A stretch of DNA of 64,000 nucleotides. Origin: Thermoleophilia bacterium. GTDB taxonomy: Bacteria > Actinomycetota > Thermoleophilia > Gaiellales > F1-60-MAGs149. The stretch covers positions 246,795-310,794 of the forward strand of contig JBAXNN010000001.1 in NCBI GenBank assembly GCA_037133755.1, in the 5' to 3' direction. Made by a program: the position numbers and the translations under genes. The notes beneath the pieces are model-generated. The model ran no database searches. It saw nothing but the letters and a program-made list of their open reading frames with translations, and was not told the origin of the DNA. Position 1 is the stretch's first letter. Every line of letters starts with the position of its first letter. This document shows, in pieces, positions 1 through 9,493 of the stretch.

Positions 1-2
1 AC

Positions 3-947
3 ATCTCGGGCCCGCGCACCGCGATCACGATCCACACCGGTGCAGGGGGCATTCCCGAGGGCGATGCCGAGGTGCTCAAGCGGGCGGACGACCCGGGCCG
101 CATGGGGCCGCTCTACGTGCCGCTCGTCTCGGGCAACATGGCCGCTGCCAACGCTGCGATCAAGTGGGGCGTGACCGGACCGGTCACCGCCGGCGTCGGT
201 GCCTGTGCCGCCGGCACGATTGCCGTGGCGGAGGCCTTCCATACGCTGCAGCGCGGCGACGTCGACGTGGTTCTGGCCGGTGCCAGCGACGCTGCGCTGA
301 CGCCGTACCTGATGAGCAGCCTCGCGAACGCGGGTGCGCTCTCGACCGCTGAGGGCGACCCGGCCACGCTGTCGCGACCGTTCGACGCCGGCCGCACCGG
401 CTTCATCCCCGCCGAGGGCGCGGCCATGCTCGTGCTGGAGCCGCTGTCCCGCGCGCAGGAGCGCGGCGCGCACGTCTACGCCACGATCGCCTCGGTTGCC
501 GTCTCGTGCGACGCGTACCACGTGACCGCGCCCGATCCGGACGGCGCGGGTGCCGAGCTGGCCCTGCGCGGCGCGCTTGATCGCTCCGGCATGGACGCCA
601 CGGAGATCGGCGCCGTCATCGCCCACGGCACGGGCACGCAGCTGAACGACGCCAGCGAGGCGGCAGCCGTCAAGCGCGTCCTCGGTGCGGGCAACCCGCT
701 TGTCACCGCCCCCAAGGCGGTCCTCGGCCACGGCCTCGGTGCCGCCGGCGCCTTTAGCGTCGCCATCGGTGCGCTGGTTGCCGATCGCGGCCTGGTCCCG
801 CCGGTGATGAACCTCGATAACCCCGACCCCGCCTGCGACATCAACCTCGTGCGGGGGAGTGCGGCGACGCTCGAGCAGCCCGGCGTGATCATCGACGCCT
901 TCGGCTTCGGCGGTCAGAACGCCGTGATCGCGTTGCGGCGAGTGTAG
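3..947 (+). CDS. fabF: Beta-ketoacyl-ACP synthase II (FabF family), 5'-truncated by the window edge
   Basis: Frame open from the window start; Cys-His-His motifs GACAAG, AHGTGT, KAVLGH; SRPFD, EGAA and C-terminal FGFGGQN. Confidence 0.85.
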   Translation: MSGPRTAITIHTGAGGIPEGDAEVLKRADDPGRMGPLYVPLVSGNMAAANAAIKWGVTGPVTAGVGACAAGTIAVAEAFHTLQRGDVDVVLAGASDAALTPYLMSSLANAGALSTAEGDPATLSRPFDAGRTGFIPAEGAAMLVLEPLSRAQERGAHVYATIASVAVSCDAYHVTAPDPDGAGAELALRGALDRSGMDATEIGAVIAHGTGTQLNDASEAAAVKRVLGAGNPLVTAPKAVLGHGLGAAGAFSVAIGALVADRGLVPPVMNLDNPDPACDINLVRGSAATLEQPGVIIDAFGFGGQNAVIALRRV

Positions 948-986
948 CTCGCCGCAACGCGATCACGACGGCCTGGATCTCCCCAG

Positions 987-1176
987 GGGTCCGGACCCAG
1001 ATCCGGAGGTTCCCGCGGAGACATCAGCGGCGCTGCATCTCCAAAAGGCGGAGGGGTCCGGACCCACCGACTTGGCTCTCGGTGGATCAGGTTCGATGGG
1101 TCCGGACCCCTCCGGGGTTGGAGAGACCATCGCCGCTGATGTCTCCACGGATGGCGCTTGATCTGGGTCCGGACCC
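987..1176. repeat. REP/REPIN-like nested inverted repeat with four GGGTCCGGACCC palindromes
   Basis: Palindromes at 987, 1054, 1098, 1165; perfect arm pairs 987-1003/1160-1176, 1017-1032/1131-1146, 1049-1066/1097-1114. Confidence 0.85.
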
Positions 1177-1197
1177 TTTGCGCATAGACTCCGGTGC

Positions 1198-1701
1198 ATG
1201 CAGGAGATGGTTGTCTACGGCGTTTCGTTCGACATGGTCGGCAAGCAGCCGATCGTGCTGCTCAAGACCGTCGAGACGAATCGGTTTCTCCCCATCTGGA
1301 TTGGTCACCCTGAGGCGTCGGCGATTCTCGCCAAGCTGCAGGACTCCGACACGCCGCGCCCGATGACGCACGACCTTTTCTCGACCGCCCTCGGCGAGCT
1401 CGATGCCGAGGTCGTCAAGATCGAGGTCGTCGAGATGAAGGACAGCACGTTCTTCGCCAAGGTCGTGCTTCGCCGCGACGGCGCCGAGGTCTCGCTCGAT
1501 GCCCGTCCCAGCGATGCGATTGCCCTTGCGCTCCGTGCCAAGGCGCCGATCTTCGCGGCCGACGACGTGATCGAGGCCAGCGCCATTCGCATGGAAGAGG
1601 GCGAGGAAGACGTCGCCACGGCGGAGCCCGAGCAGCTCGTTCAGGACTTCAAGCAGTTCCTCGAGGACGTGCGCCCCGAGGACTTCGGCGCCGACGGCTG
1701 A
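1198..1701 (+). CDS. Bifunctional nuclease family protein (BFN/DUF151)
   Basis: LPIWIG..EA, RPMTHDL, DARPSDAIALA; TAGACT box 7 nt before ATG. Confidence 0.9.
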   Translation: MQEMVVYGVSFDMVGKQPIVLLKTVETNRFLPIWIGHPEASAILAKLQDSDTPRPMTHDLFSTALGELDAEVVKIEVVEMKDSTFFAKVVLRRDGAEVSLDARPSDAIALALRAKAPIFAADDVIEASAIRMEEGEEDVATAEPEQLVQDFKQFLEDVRPEDFGADG

Positions 1702-1992
1702 TCAGGCGTCGCGGAGCCGCGCGACCTCGCGCAGCGTGGCGTCGATGATCGAGCGCCACAGGATGGCGACTTCCTCGTTCGACAGCGGGCCCTTATTGCA
1801 GCGCTGGAGATACTGCTGCAGCCACTCCTCGCGCGAAGGGTCGACTGCGTCGTAGCCCTTCTCCGCCTTGTAGGCATGCAACTTGCGGACGGTCGAGATG
1901 CGCTTGTTGAGCGCCTCGAGGATCGCGAGGTCCGTATCGGTGATCTGGTTGCGGAACTGCTCGACGATCGGATCGCTGGACTGGTCGCTCAC
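1702..1992 (-). CDS. Monofunctional chorismate mutase (AroQ type)
   Basis: R.QI...D..IL..LN.R, K.EKG, DPSRE; GTG start at 1992 preceded by AGGAG. Confidence 0.8.
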   Translation of the reverse strand: MSDQSSDPIVEQFRNQITDTDLAILEALNKRISTVRKLHAYKAEKGYDAVDPSREEWLQQYLQRCNKGPLSNEEVAILWRSIIDATLREVARLRDA

Positions 1993-2038
1993 GGTCGCTC
2001 CTACGCGGTTGGACGCCGGGAGCATAGGAGAACCCGGG

Positions 2039-2737
2039 CTAGTTGGCCGCCAGCAGGAGGCCGACGACCGCGATCACGTTGTTCGCGCCGTGGATCGCCA
2101 TACCCGGCCAGACCGACGAAGAGCGCATCCGCACCAGACCGAGCACGAGCCCGAGGGCGAACAGCGCCGGGAACGCGTTCGGCTCGAAGTGCGCCAAGCC
2201 GAAGACGCCGGCCGACCCGACCACGGCCGATGCCACACCGAAGCGGCCATCGAGGCGGCCGTAGAGCAGGCCGCGGAAGTACAGCTCCTCCGTCACCGCC
2301 GCGCCGACGATGATCGTGAAGGCGCTGATGCCGAACGCGAGCCCGGTTGTCAGGGAGTTGATGTCACCGACGCTGATGCGCTGGCTCGACGAGCCGTGGA
2401 AGATCGGTTCGAGCAGCGCGGCGGCGGCCACACCGACGATCAGACCGCCCACCGCCAGCACCGCGGCACGCACGAGCGGCACGCGGCGCAGCGCCAGCAC
2501 CTCGCGCGGATCGCCGAACTGGCGCGCGACGAACCAGATCGCCAGGGCGAAGATGACGTAGGCGACGACCAGCAGCACGGCCTGGGGCAGGTTCGTCAGC
2601 GTCGTATCGCCGGGGGGCGCAGTCGAGAACGCGTTGATGATCGCAGCGCCCAAGCCGACGAAGCCGAACTGCGCCACGAGCGGCGCGGCCACCAGCAGCC
2701 AGAGCCGTAGGCCGCGAGGGCCGGCCGGGGTGCTCAT
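2039..2737 (-). CDS. CPBP/CAAX (Abi) family intramembrane metalloprotease
   Basis: EELYFRG, FGLAH, HGANN motifs; multiple TM segments. Confidence 0.9.
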   Translation of the reverse strand: MSTPAGPRGLRLWLLVAAPLVAQFGFVGLGAAIINAFSTAPPGDTTLTNLPQAVLLVVAYVIFALAIWFVARQFGDPREVLALRRVPLVRAAVLAVGGLIVGVAAAALLEPIFHGSSSQRISVGDINSLTTGLAFGISAFTIIVGAAVTEELYFRGLLYGRLDGRFGVASAVVGSAGVFGLAHFEPNAFPALFALGLVLGLVRMRSSSVWPGMAIHGANNVIAVVGLLLAAN

Positions 2738-3579
2738 CCGGTCGCGATCGGAGCGGCGTGGAGATCGTCGGCGAGAGCCTGCAGCGCGCCGGGTAGCGCG
2801 GCGTCGATCGGGTAGCCGGCCTTCGGGACGGAGATCACCCGACTGTCCTTGATGGCGGGCACCGTGGCGAGCTCGGGGAACTTCTGCAGCGAGGCCAGCG
2901 TGCTGCCGCCCGGCTGGAGGGAGACCCAGGCGGTGATGCCGAGGGTTGGCAGCTGCGCGATGTCGAGCGGCTGGTCGGCCTCGAGCACGTTTTTGCCGCC
3001 GGCAGCTGCGACGTCCAGCCCGACGGCACTGGCCGGGCCGTACCCGATGAAGCCCGCACCCTCGATCAGCGTCGGCACGGGTGTCTCGGCGGCGAGTCGC
3101 TGCGCGAGCGCATCAAGGCCGCTGGTCATGCTGCGCGCAATCGTTGCGGCCTTCGCGCCCTCGCCGACGGCGATGCCGAGCTGCGTCACCGTGGTTGGTG
3201 CGGCCGTGAGCGGATCAGCGCCGTAGCGAAAGATCGGCGCGTGCGTGGCCGCCTGCAGCTGCTGCAGCGCGGCGTCGTCCATGGCGAGCGGAACGACGAC
3301 GAGGCTCGTCGTCGGATCGGAGGCCTCCAGCCCGACGGTCGACTCCTTGGCCTCCACGACCAGCGTGCCAAGGCCAAGGTCGCGCAAGATCGCGGTCGCA
3401 CCAGGATCGGCCGACACAATCCGCGTCGGCGAGGACTGCAGCGTCACCGTCTGCCCCGCAGCGTCGATCGCCTGCGTCGGAAACGGGTCGACCGCACCCG
3501 TCGGCTCGCCCTTCACGCCACAGCCCGCGAGGAGGAGGGCCATCACGGCGATGGCGGCATAGAGGGCCCGGCGCGGCAC
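2734..3579 (-). CDS. ABC transporter substrate-binding lipoprotein (BtuF/Fe-siderophore fold), divergent
   Basis: Lipobox LLLAGC; DAAGQTVTL..PTRIVS and TVPAIKDSRV typical of class III SBPs; GTG 3579 has TACCAT 7 nt upstream (alternative ATG 3588). Confidence 0.7.
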   Translation of the reverse strand: MPRRALYAAIAVMALLLAGCGVKGEPTGAVDPFPTQAIDAAGQTVTLQSSPTRIVSADPGATAILRDLGLGTLVVEAKESTVGLEASDPTTSLVVVPLAMDDAALQQLQAATHAPIFRYGADPLTAAPTTVTQLGIAVGEGAKAATIARSMTSGLDALAQRLAAETPVPTLIEGAGFIGYGPASAVGLDVAAAGGKNVLEADQPLDIAQLPTLGITAWVSLQPGGSTLASLQKFPELATVPAIKDSRVISVPKAGYPIDAALPGALQALADDLHAAPIATG

Positions 3580-3767
3580 GTGCCCCATGGTACCGGGGGC
3601 AGGACAGGATTCGGGGTCGCCGAAGTCGCAGGGTGGCATGGTTCGCACTCGTCTACGCATCTGGCCAGTGACCCAGCGCGCCGTTGCTGAAACGGGCACC
3701 AAACCCGGTGATAGCGTGCGAAACGTGTCCCCGCTGACCCCTCTGCACCCGCGCCAGGCGGACCCCG

Positions 3768-5846
3768 GTGTCTAAGCCCGCGCCGCGCCGCGCTCCGCGC
3801 GAGAAGCGTCCGAAGCGCCCCTTTGCCAGCACGCTCGTGGTGCTCGCCTTCGTCACCGTCATCACCGCCGGCGCGCTCCTCTACGGCGCGTCGCGCTACA
3901 TCGACCACCTGCCGACGCTCGATGCGATCAAGGCGCGCGAGATCGGCGCCAACAGCGAGGTCTACGACGCGCGCGGCGATTCGCTCGGTGTGCTCGCGAA
4001 CGACGAAAACCGCCAGCCCGTCACCTCGAAGCAGATCTCGCCGTGGATGAAGAAGGGCACGGTTGCGATCGAGGATCGTCGCTTCTACGAGCACGGCGGC
4101 GTGGATCCGCAGGGCATCGCCCGCGCGCTGGTCAAGAACGTGATGGCCGGCCACATCGTCCAGGGTGGCTCGACGCTGACGCAGCAGCTGATCTCGCAGA
4201 TCTACATCGTCAAGCAGCACACCTTCGACCGGAAGCTCCGCGAGGCGATCCTCGCCGTTCAGCTCGAGGATCGGTTCACCAAGGACGAGATCCTGACGGC
4301 GTACCTCAACACCGTCTTCTATGGCAACAACGCCTACGGCGTCGAGGCCGCGGCCCAGACGTACTTCGCCAAGTCGGCCAAGGACCTGACGCTCCCGCAG
4401 GCAGCCCTGCTCTCGGGCCTGCCGCAGTTGCCGAGCACCTACGACCCGTACCACAACCCCGAGGCCGCGCTCAAGCGCCGTGCCCAGGTGCTGAAGGCCA
4501 TGCGCGAGACGGGGGATATCACCGCCGCGCAAGAGCGCAAGGCCAACGCCACCAAGCTCAACCTCAAGCGCGGGCACGTCTACGGCAAGGTCAGTGAATC
4601 GTTCTTCGTGCGCTACGTGGCCGACGAGCTGTCGAAGGATCCGGACATCGGCACGGCCGGCGTGCGCGCCGGAGGACTGCAGATCACGACCACGCTCGAC
4701 CCCAAGCTGCAGGCCAAGGCGCGCGCGGCGATGCACAAGATCCTCAAGACGCCCGGCGACCCGGACGCCGCCATCGTCTCGATCCGACCGAAGACCGGAC
4801 AGATCGTCGCCATGGCCTCGACGCGCTACTTCCGCAAGGACCAGTTCGACCTCGCCTCGCAGGGGCGTCGCCAGCCCGGCTCGACGTTCAAGACGATCAC
4901 CCTCGCCACCGCGATCGAGCAGGGCATCGACCCGAGCGGGACGACGTACATGTCGGCGCCGTTCTCGTGGAAGCCGGACGACAATTCGCCGACCTGGAAC
5001 GTCGCGACCGCCGGTGGCGAGTACGCCGGTCCGGTCTCGCTCGAGAACGCGACGCTCGCGTCTGACAACACGGTCTACGCCCAGCTGGCGATCGACGTCG
5101 GACCGGCCAACATCGTTGACATGGCCAAGCGCCTCGGCGTGCGCACGTCCCCGCTCGAGGCGGTGCCGTCGCTCACACTCGGCGCCGACGGCGTCTCGCC
5201 GCTCGAGATGGCGACGGTGTACGCCACGCTCGCCAACGGCGGCGTCTACCACCAGCCGACGGCGATCAAGGAGGTCACCGACGCCGACGGCAACGTGCTG
5301 TTGAAGGGGCGTTCGACCGGCGTCCGCGTGATCCAGGACGGCGTGGCGGCAGAGGTCACCCGCATCCTCGGCGAGAACATGCACAGCGGTACGGGTACCG
5401 GCGCGCTGATGTCCGACGATCGACCCGAGGCGGGCAAGACAGGCACGACCGACAACCACACTGACGCATGGTTCTGCGGCTACACGCCGACGCTCGCCAC
5501 GTGCGTGTGGATCGGCTACCCCGACGAGACCAAGCCGATGTACGGCGTCGAAGGCGTCGGGGCCGTCTCCGGCCCGACCCTGCCGGCCGACATCTGGCAC
5601 ATCTACATGGACGCGGCGCTCGCGGGCACGCCGCCGGTCAGCTTCGCCGCACCGAAGAAGCCGGTCGATTGGTCGCGTTTCGAGTCGCAGTTCGCCAACC
5701 GCGTGGTCTCGACCATCAGCCCGCCGGATCTGACGCTGACGATGCCGCCGCCGCAGACCGTGACCGTGACGCAGCCGCCCGTTGAGACGCAGCCCGCCCC
5801 TGCTGCGACCGCCGCGGGCGGTGCCACGACAGCGGTTGTGCCGTAA
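3768..5846 (+). CDS. Class A penicillin-binding protein (transglycosylase/transpeptidase)
   Basis: EDRRFYEHGG, GGSTLTQQL, RKLRE; SxxK (STFK), SDN, KTGT; N-terminal TM; Pro/Thr tail. Confidence 0.95.
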   Translation: MSKPAPRRAPREKRPKRPFASTLVVLAFVTVITAGALLYGASRYIDHLPTLDAIKAREIGANSEVYDARGDSLGVLANDENRQPVTSKQISPWMKKGTVAIEDRRFYEHGGVDPQGIARALVKNVMAGHIVQGGSTLTQQLISQIYIVKQHTFDRKLREAILAVQLEDRFTKDEILTAYLNTVFYGNNAYGVEAAAQTYFAKSAKDLTLPQAALLSGLPQLPSTYDPYHNPEAALKRRAQVLKAMRETGDITAAQERKANATKLNLKRGHVYGKVSESFFVRYVADELSKDPDIGTAGVRAGGLQITTTLDPKLQAKARAAMHKILKTPGDPDAAIVSIRPKTGQIVAMASTRYFRKDQFDLASQGRRQPGSTFKTITLATAIEQGIDPSGTTYMSAPFSWKPDDNSPTWNVATAGGEYAGPVSLENATLASDNTVYAQLAIDVGPANIVDMAKRLGVRTSPLEAVPSLTLGADGVSPLEMATVYATLANGGVYHQPTAIKEVTDADGNVLLKGRSTGVRVIQDGVAAEVTRILGENMHSGTGTGALMSDDRPEAGKTGTTDNHTDAWFCGYTPTLATCVWIGYPDETKPMYGVEGVGAVSGPTLPADIWHIYMDAALAGTPPVSFAAPKKPVDWSRFESQFANRVVSTISPPDLTLTMPPPQTVTVTQPPVETQPAPAATAAGGATTAVVP

Positions 5847-5875
5847 CGACACCGTTCGGCGGGTACACTCGGCCC

Positions 5876-6685
5876 ATGGCCGTGCACGAAGAGCAGGCTG
5901 AGGTCGCGACCGTTGAGCTGACCGGCTCGGGCGTCGACATCATCCTTCCGCCGCCCACTGCGCCGGTGCAGCGCGCCGGGCGTGGTCGGCTGCTGGTCGC
6001 CGTGCTGCTCGCCGTGGGCGCGCTCGTCGTCGCCGGCACCCAGTTGATCAGCTTTGATGGCACCAGCCTGCTCCCGACGCTCGCACCGGCTACGCGCATC
6101 CTGCCGTCGGGCGCACCGCGCCCGCAGACGCTCGCCCGCCAGGATCAGCTTGTCCTGCTCGTGCCGGTCCAGCAGTCGCGCATCACCGCGATCCTGTTCC
6201 ATCCCGTCGACGGTGCCGACGCGCTGCAGCTCGACCCCGTCGGTGAGCCCGTCAATCAGGGCATCATCTCTCGCATCGTGTCGTCCTTCCAGGGAGAGAA
6301 TGCGGGTGGCCCGGCCTACGAGCTCGACGGCGATCCGACGTCGGTCGATATCGGCGGCCCGATCGGTACCGACACCTACGCACCGGTAGACGGCAAGGTG
6401 CTGTCGATCACGCCGCTGATCGTCAACGGCACGACGTATGGCGACCAGATTGCGATCGAGCCGCTCGCCAATCCCGGCGTCGTCGTGGTGGCGACCGGCA
6501 TCAAGTCGGATCCTGCGCTCTCGGTCGGCTCGCCCGTCTCCACGCGCCCCGAAGCCTGGACGAAGCTCGGCCGCATCGTCGACGTGACCGGCGCGCTCGA
6601 TCCGGTGCTCGCGCGCTACACCCAGGACGGCGGCAATCGCATCCACCTCGAGGTCCGACCCGCGACGTCGGTGGCGGCCTCGTGA
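5876..6685 (+). CDS. Membrane-anchored protein with a probably degenerate M23/LytM domain
   Basis: TM segment, then VDIGGPIGTDTYAPVDGKV and IHLEV resembling the M23 consensus, lacking HxxxD and HxH. Confidence 0.55.
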   Translation: MAVHEEQAEVATVELTGSGVDIILPPPTAPVQRAGRGRLLVAVLLAVGALVVAGTQLISFDGTSLLPTLAPATRILPSGAPRPQTLARQDQLVLLVPVQQSRITAILFHPVDGADALQLDPVGEPVNQGIISRIVSSFQGENAGGPAYELDGDPTSVDIGGPIGTDTYAPVDGKVLSITPLIVNGTTYGDQIAIEPLANPGVVVVATGIKSDPALSVGSPVSTRPEAWTKLGRIVDVTGALDPVLARYTQDGGNRIHLEVRPATSVAAS

Positions 6686-7455
6686 GGATCCTCTTCCTGG
6701 CCGATGTCTACGGCTCGCCCGGGGTCAACGCGATCGAGGGGAATCTGCGCGCACTGCGTGCCGAGCTCGAGCTTGATTGCGTGATCGTCAACGCCGAAAA
6801 CGCGGCCGACGGGGCGGGCCTGACGCCGAAGCTGGCCGAGCGTCTGCTCGCAGCCGGGGCTGACTGCCTGACGCTTGGCAATCACCTGTGGCGCCGCAAG
6901 GAGATTGGCCCGTATCTGATCGAGGCCACGCGCGTGGTACGCCCCGCCAACCTGCTCGACCGCCTACCCGGCCGTGGGCTGGCGGTGATCGAGGTGGGGG
7001 GCGTGAAGGTCGCGGTGATCAACCTGCTCGGCTCCTTCACGATGGAGCCTGCGCAGTCGATGTTCTCGGTCGTGGACCAGCTGATCGACGCCGCGCATCG
7101 CGAGACGCCCATCGTCGTCGTCGACGTGCATGCCGAGGCGACCAGCGAGAAGGTCGCGATGGGCTGGCATCTGGCCGGCCGCGCCACCGCAGTCCTGGGC
7201 ACACACACGCACGTGCAGACCTCCGACGCCCGCGTGCTGCCCGGCGGCACCGCCTACATCACCGACGCCGGCATGACCGGCCCGCACGACTCGGTGATCG
7301 GCGCGAAGAAGGATCTCTCGCTTCGGCGCTTCATTCTGCAGCAGCCGCAGCGCCTCGAGCCTGCCTCTGAGGACGTGCGCCTCGAGGGCGCGCTGATCAC
7401 GTGTGGCGAGGACGGCCGAGCGACGGACGTCGAGCTGTTTCGCCGCGGCGTCTGA
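6682..7455 (+). CDS. ymdB: YmdB/TIGR00282 family metallophosphoesterase
   Basis: LADVYG, NAEN, TLGNH, DVHAEATSEK, GTHTHVQT, DAGMTGP. Confidence 0.93.
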   Translation: MRILFLADVYGSPGVNAIEGNLRALRAELELDCVIVNAENAADGAGLTPKLAERLLAAGADCLTLGNHLWRRKEIGPYLIEATRVVRPANLLDRLPGRGLAVIEVGGVKVAVINLLGSFTMEPAQSMFSVVDQLIDAAHRETPIVVVDVHAEATSEKVAMGWHLAGRATAVLGTHTHVQTSDARVLPGGTAYITDAGMTGPHDSVIGAKKDLSLRRFILQQPQRLEPASEDVRLEGALITCGEDGRATDVELFRRGV

Positions 7456-7456
7456 G

Positions 7457-9493
7457 CTAGTCGCCGGCGACGAGCTCGCGCTTGCGCGCCGGCAGGGCCG
7501 TATCGATTGCGTTGGTCGACGACGTGCGCGGGTAGCCCACGCGCGGTGCGAGCAGTGCCATCGCGAGGAAGACCATCACCCAGGGCAGGTACAGGTACAT
7601 CCAGTGCGTCAGCACCAGCTGGAAGCCGATCATCAGCGCCCCGGCAAAGGCCATCGCGCGCGTCGCATCGAGGCGGCGGGGGAAGAAGAACAGCGCGACG
7701 GCGCCGAGTACGAGCGCGGCCTTCAGCATCTTCTGGACGATCGCCAAGTTCGGGAAGCCCGGGTACTCGCCCCAATCCCAGATCGAGAACGGCGAGGGAC
7801 GGTCGAGCTGCCAGCCGAAGGTGCGATCCCAGAAGGTGCGCAGTGCACCGGTGCCATCGAGGGCGATCAAGATGCCAGCGAGCACGACCGTGACGAGCAC
7901 CATGCCGAGCAGCGTGCGGCCCGAGCCGGGGCCAGGACGCACCGCGGCCCACACGCGCTGACCGCGTGATTGCTGCACGGCGGGCTGGCCGTAGAGCCAC
8001 TCGCCACGGGGGCGGGGCGCGGGTCGGTCCAGGCGGAGCCAGAGCGGAAGCAGGATCAGCGGCGCGAACTTCGCCAGCGCGGCGAGCATCACGAGGGCGC
8101 CGCGCCCAATCGGTCGAGCGATCAGAGCCGCGCTCCACGCCAGGTAGGCCGCGACGATGGCGTCGTTGGAGTCGCTCATGAACGTGTACGCCGACCAGGG
8201 CACGGCGAGCCAGAACAGCGCCATCGCCGCGGCCAACTTGCGGCCGCCAAATTGCCAACCGAACACGGCGAGCCCGATCGCCGTCAGCAGGTCGAAGAGC
8301 CCACTGGTGAAGTGCGCAGCGGGGAGATCGTCCCAGCGTCCGCTCCAGCCAAGCGCCGCCGTGCCGGGCACGTACGCCAGGTACATCGCGGGGCCGTAGG
8401 TGTCACCGCGCTCGATCGCCGTCTCGCAGTGGCCGTTGGCCTGCACATAGCCGCTGTAGGTGCCGTCCGCGTAGCGGGTGCCGCAGGGTGTCTGCGTCTT
8501 GATCGGGAAGTTGCCGTAGGGCGCACGGCCGTCGAGGATGCGATCGGCACCGACGACACCTGCGTAGCCGACGTCGACGACGTTCGAGGAATACGCGTTG
8601 AAGCCCACCCGTCCGGCAGCGAGGATCACGATCAACACGACCATGACCCAGAACGGCAGGCGCGTGGTGAACGCCGGCCGCTCCATCCGGCCAAGCCCGA
8701 TCATGATCATGCGGAACAGCAGGTAGATCAGCGGCGGGTACTGGAGCGGTACCGCCCAGAAGACGAGGCCGCGGTTGAAGCACCACAGCGAGCCCGCGAG
8801 GGAGACGATCGCGAGCACGTCGAGCGTGCGCAGCGAACGCAGCCGCCGCCAGTCGAGCATCACGAGGACGAAGAGGACGATCAGCGTGCCGAGCGCCCAC
8901 GGCTCGTTGATGAGGCGACCGAAGCCCTGGCCACCACGGGCCATCGACCAGGCGACCTGCGGCCCGACGCGGGTGTAGGTGATGGCGCCGGTCGTGTCGA
9001 GCACACCCACCTCGGCGATCTCCGTGGCGCCGGAGTACCACTTGATCTTCCACGTACCGAGGTCGAGCGCACCGTACGAGCGCACCGGCAGCCCATGGTC
9101 CCGGTAGCGGGCAATCCAGTCTGCGGCCTTGGGATCCTTGGCCGCGATCGCCGTGGCGCGCTTCTCGTCGTATCGCTGGGCCGGCGCGACGCGGCGCGGA
9201 ATCGTCACGCTCCACACCCGCCTCTGCGGATCGAACAGCTTCACCACCGCGAGCGACTGCCCGTCGGAGGCGGCATTGAGCGAGCAGTTCCAGAAGGCGC
9301 TGTCACTCGCGTAGATGCACGACCACTGGGCGAGCGGATTCTTGGCGACGAGCTCGCGCACGCCCTTGCCGGTTGCCGCGAGATCCTGCGCCTGCAGGCT
9401 GGAGAGCTTCGGCTGCGCGGCCGAAGCCATGCCGGGCAGACTCGCCAGGAGCAGCGCGCACGCTGCCGCGATGACGAGCCGCCGCAACGTCAT
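7457..9493 (-). CDS. Polytopic GT-C fold glycosyltransferase (GT87-like) with N-terminal extracytoplasmic domain
   Basis: Signal peptide, ~180 aa soluble domain, many TMs, VVDVGY, TYGP, SND, AKFAP; ATG overlaps the upstream stop. Confidence 0.7.
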   Translation of the reverse strand: MTLRRLVIAAACALLLASLPGMASAAQPKLSSLQAQDLAATGKGVRELVAKNPLAQWSCIYASDSAFWNCSLNAASDGQSLAVVKLFDPQRRVWSVTIPRRVAPAQRYDEKRATAIAAKDPKAADWIARYRDHGLPVRSYGALDLGTWKIKWYSGATEIAEVGVLDTTGAITYTRVGPQVAWSMARGGQGFGRLINEPWALGTLIVLFVLVMLDWRRLRSLRTLDVLAIVSLAGSLWCFNRGLVFWAVPLQYPPLIYLLFRMIMIGLGRMERPAFTTRLPFWVMVVLIVILAAGRVGFNAYSSNVVDVGYAGVVGADRILDGRAPYGNFPIKTQTPCGTRYADGTYSGYVQANGHCETAIERGDTYGPAMYLAYVPGTAALGWSGRWDDLPAAHFTSGLFDLLTAIGLAVFGWQFGGRKLAAAMALFWLAVPWSAYTFMSDSNDAIVAAYLAWSAALIARPIGRGALVMLAALAKFAPLILLPLWLRLDRPAPRPRGEWLYGQPAVQQSRGQRVWAAVRPGPGSGRTLLGMVLVTVVLAGILIALDGTGALRTFWDRTFGWQLDRPSPFSIWDWGEYPGFPNLAIVQKMLKAALVLGAVALFFFPRRLDATRAMAFAGALMIGFQLVLTHWMYLYLPWVMVFLAMALLAPRVGYPRTSSTNAIDTALPARKRELVAGD

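Noticed and set aside
987-1176. Four repeats that might be a mini-CRISPR array
   Set aside because: Repeats are only 12-18 bp, spacing is irregular (67/44/67), the spacers are reverse complements of each other, and there are no cas genes.
963-1371. Short ORFs with recurring GPDP or SGP motifs (also 32267-32715)
   Set aside because: Translation artefacts of the palindromic repeats.
3543-5852. Long antisense or alternate-frame ORFs (769 aa here; also 7970-10483, 38674-41157, 45992-48235, 53891-56533)
   Set aside because: Shadow ORFs expected in very high-GC DNA opposite well-supported genes; Arg/Gly/Ala-rich with no motifs.
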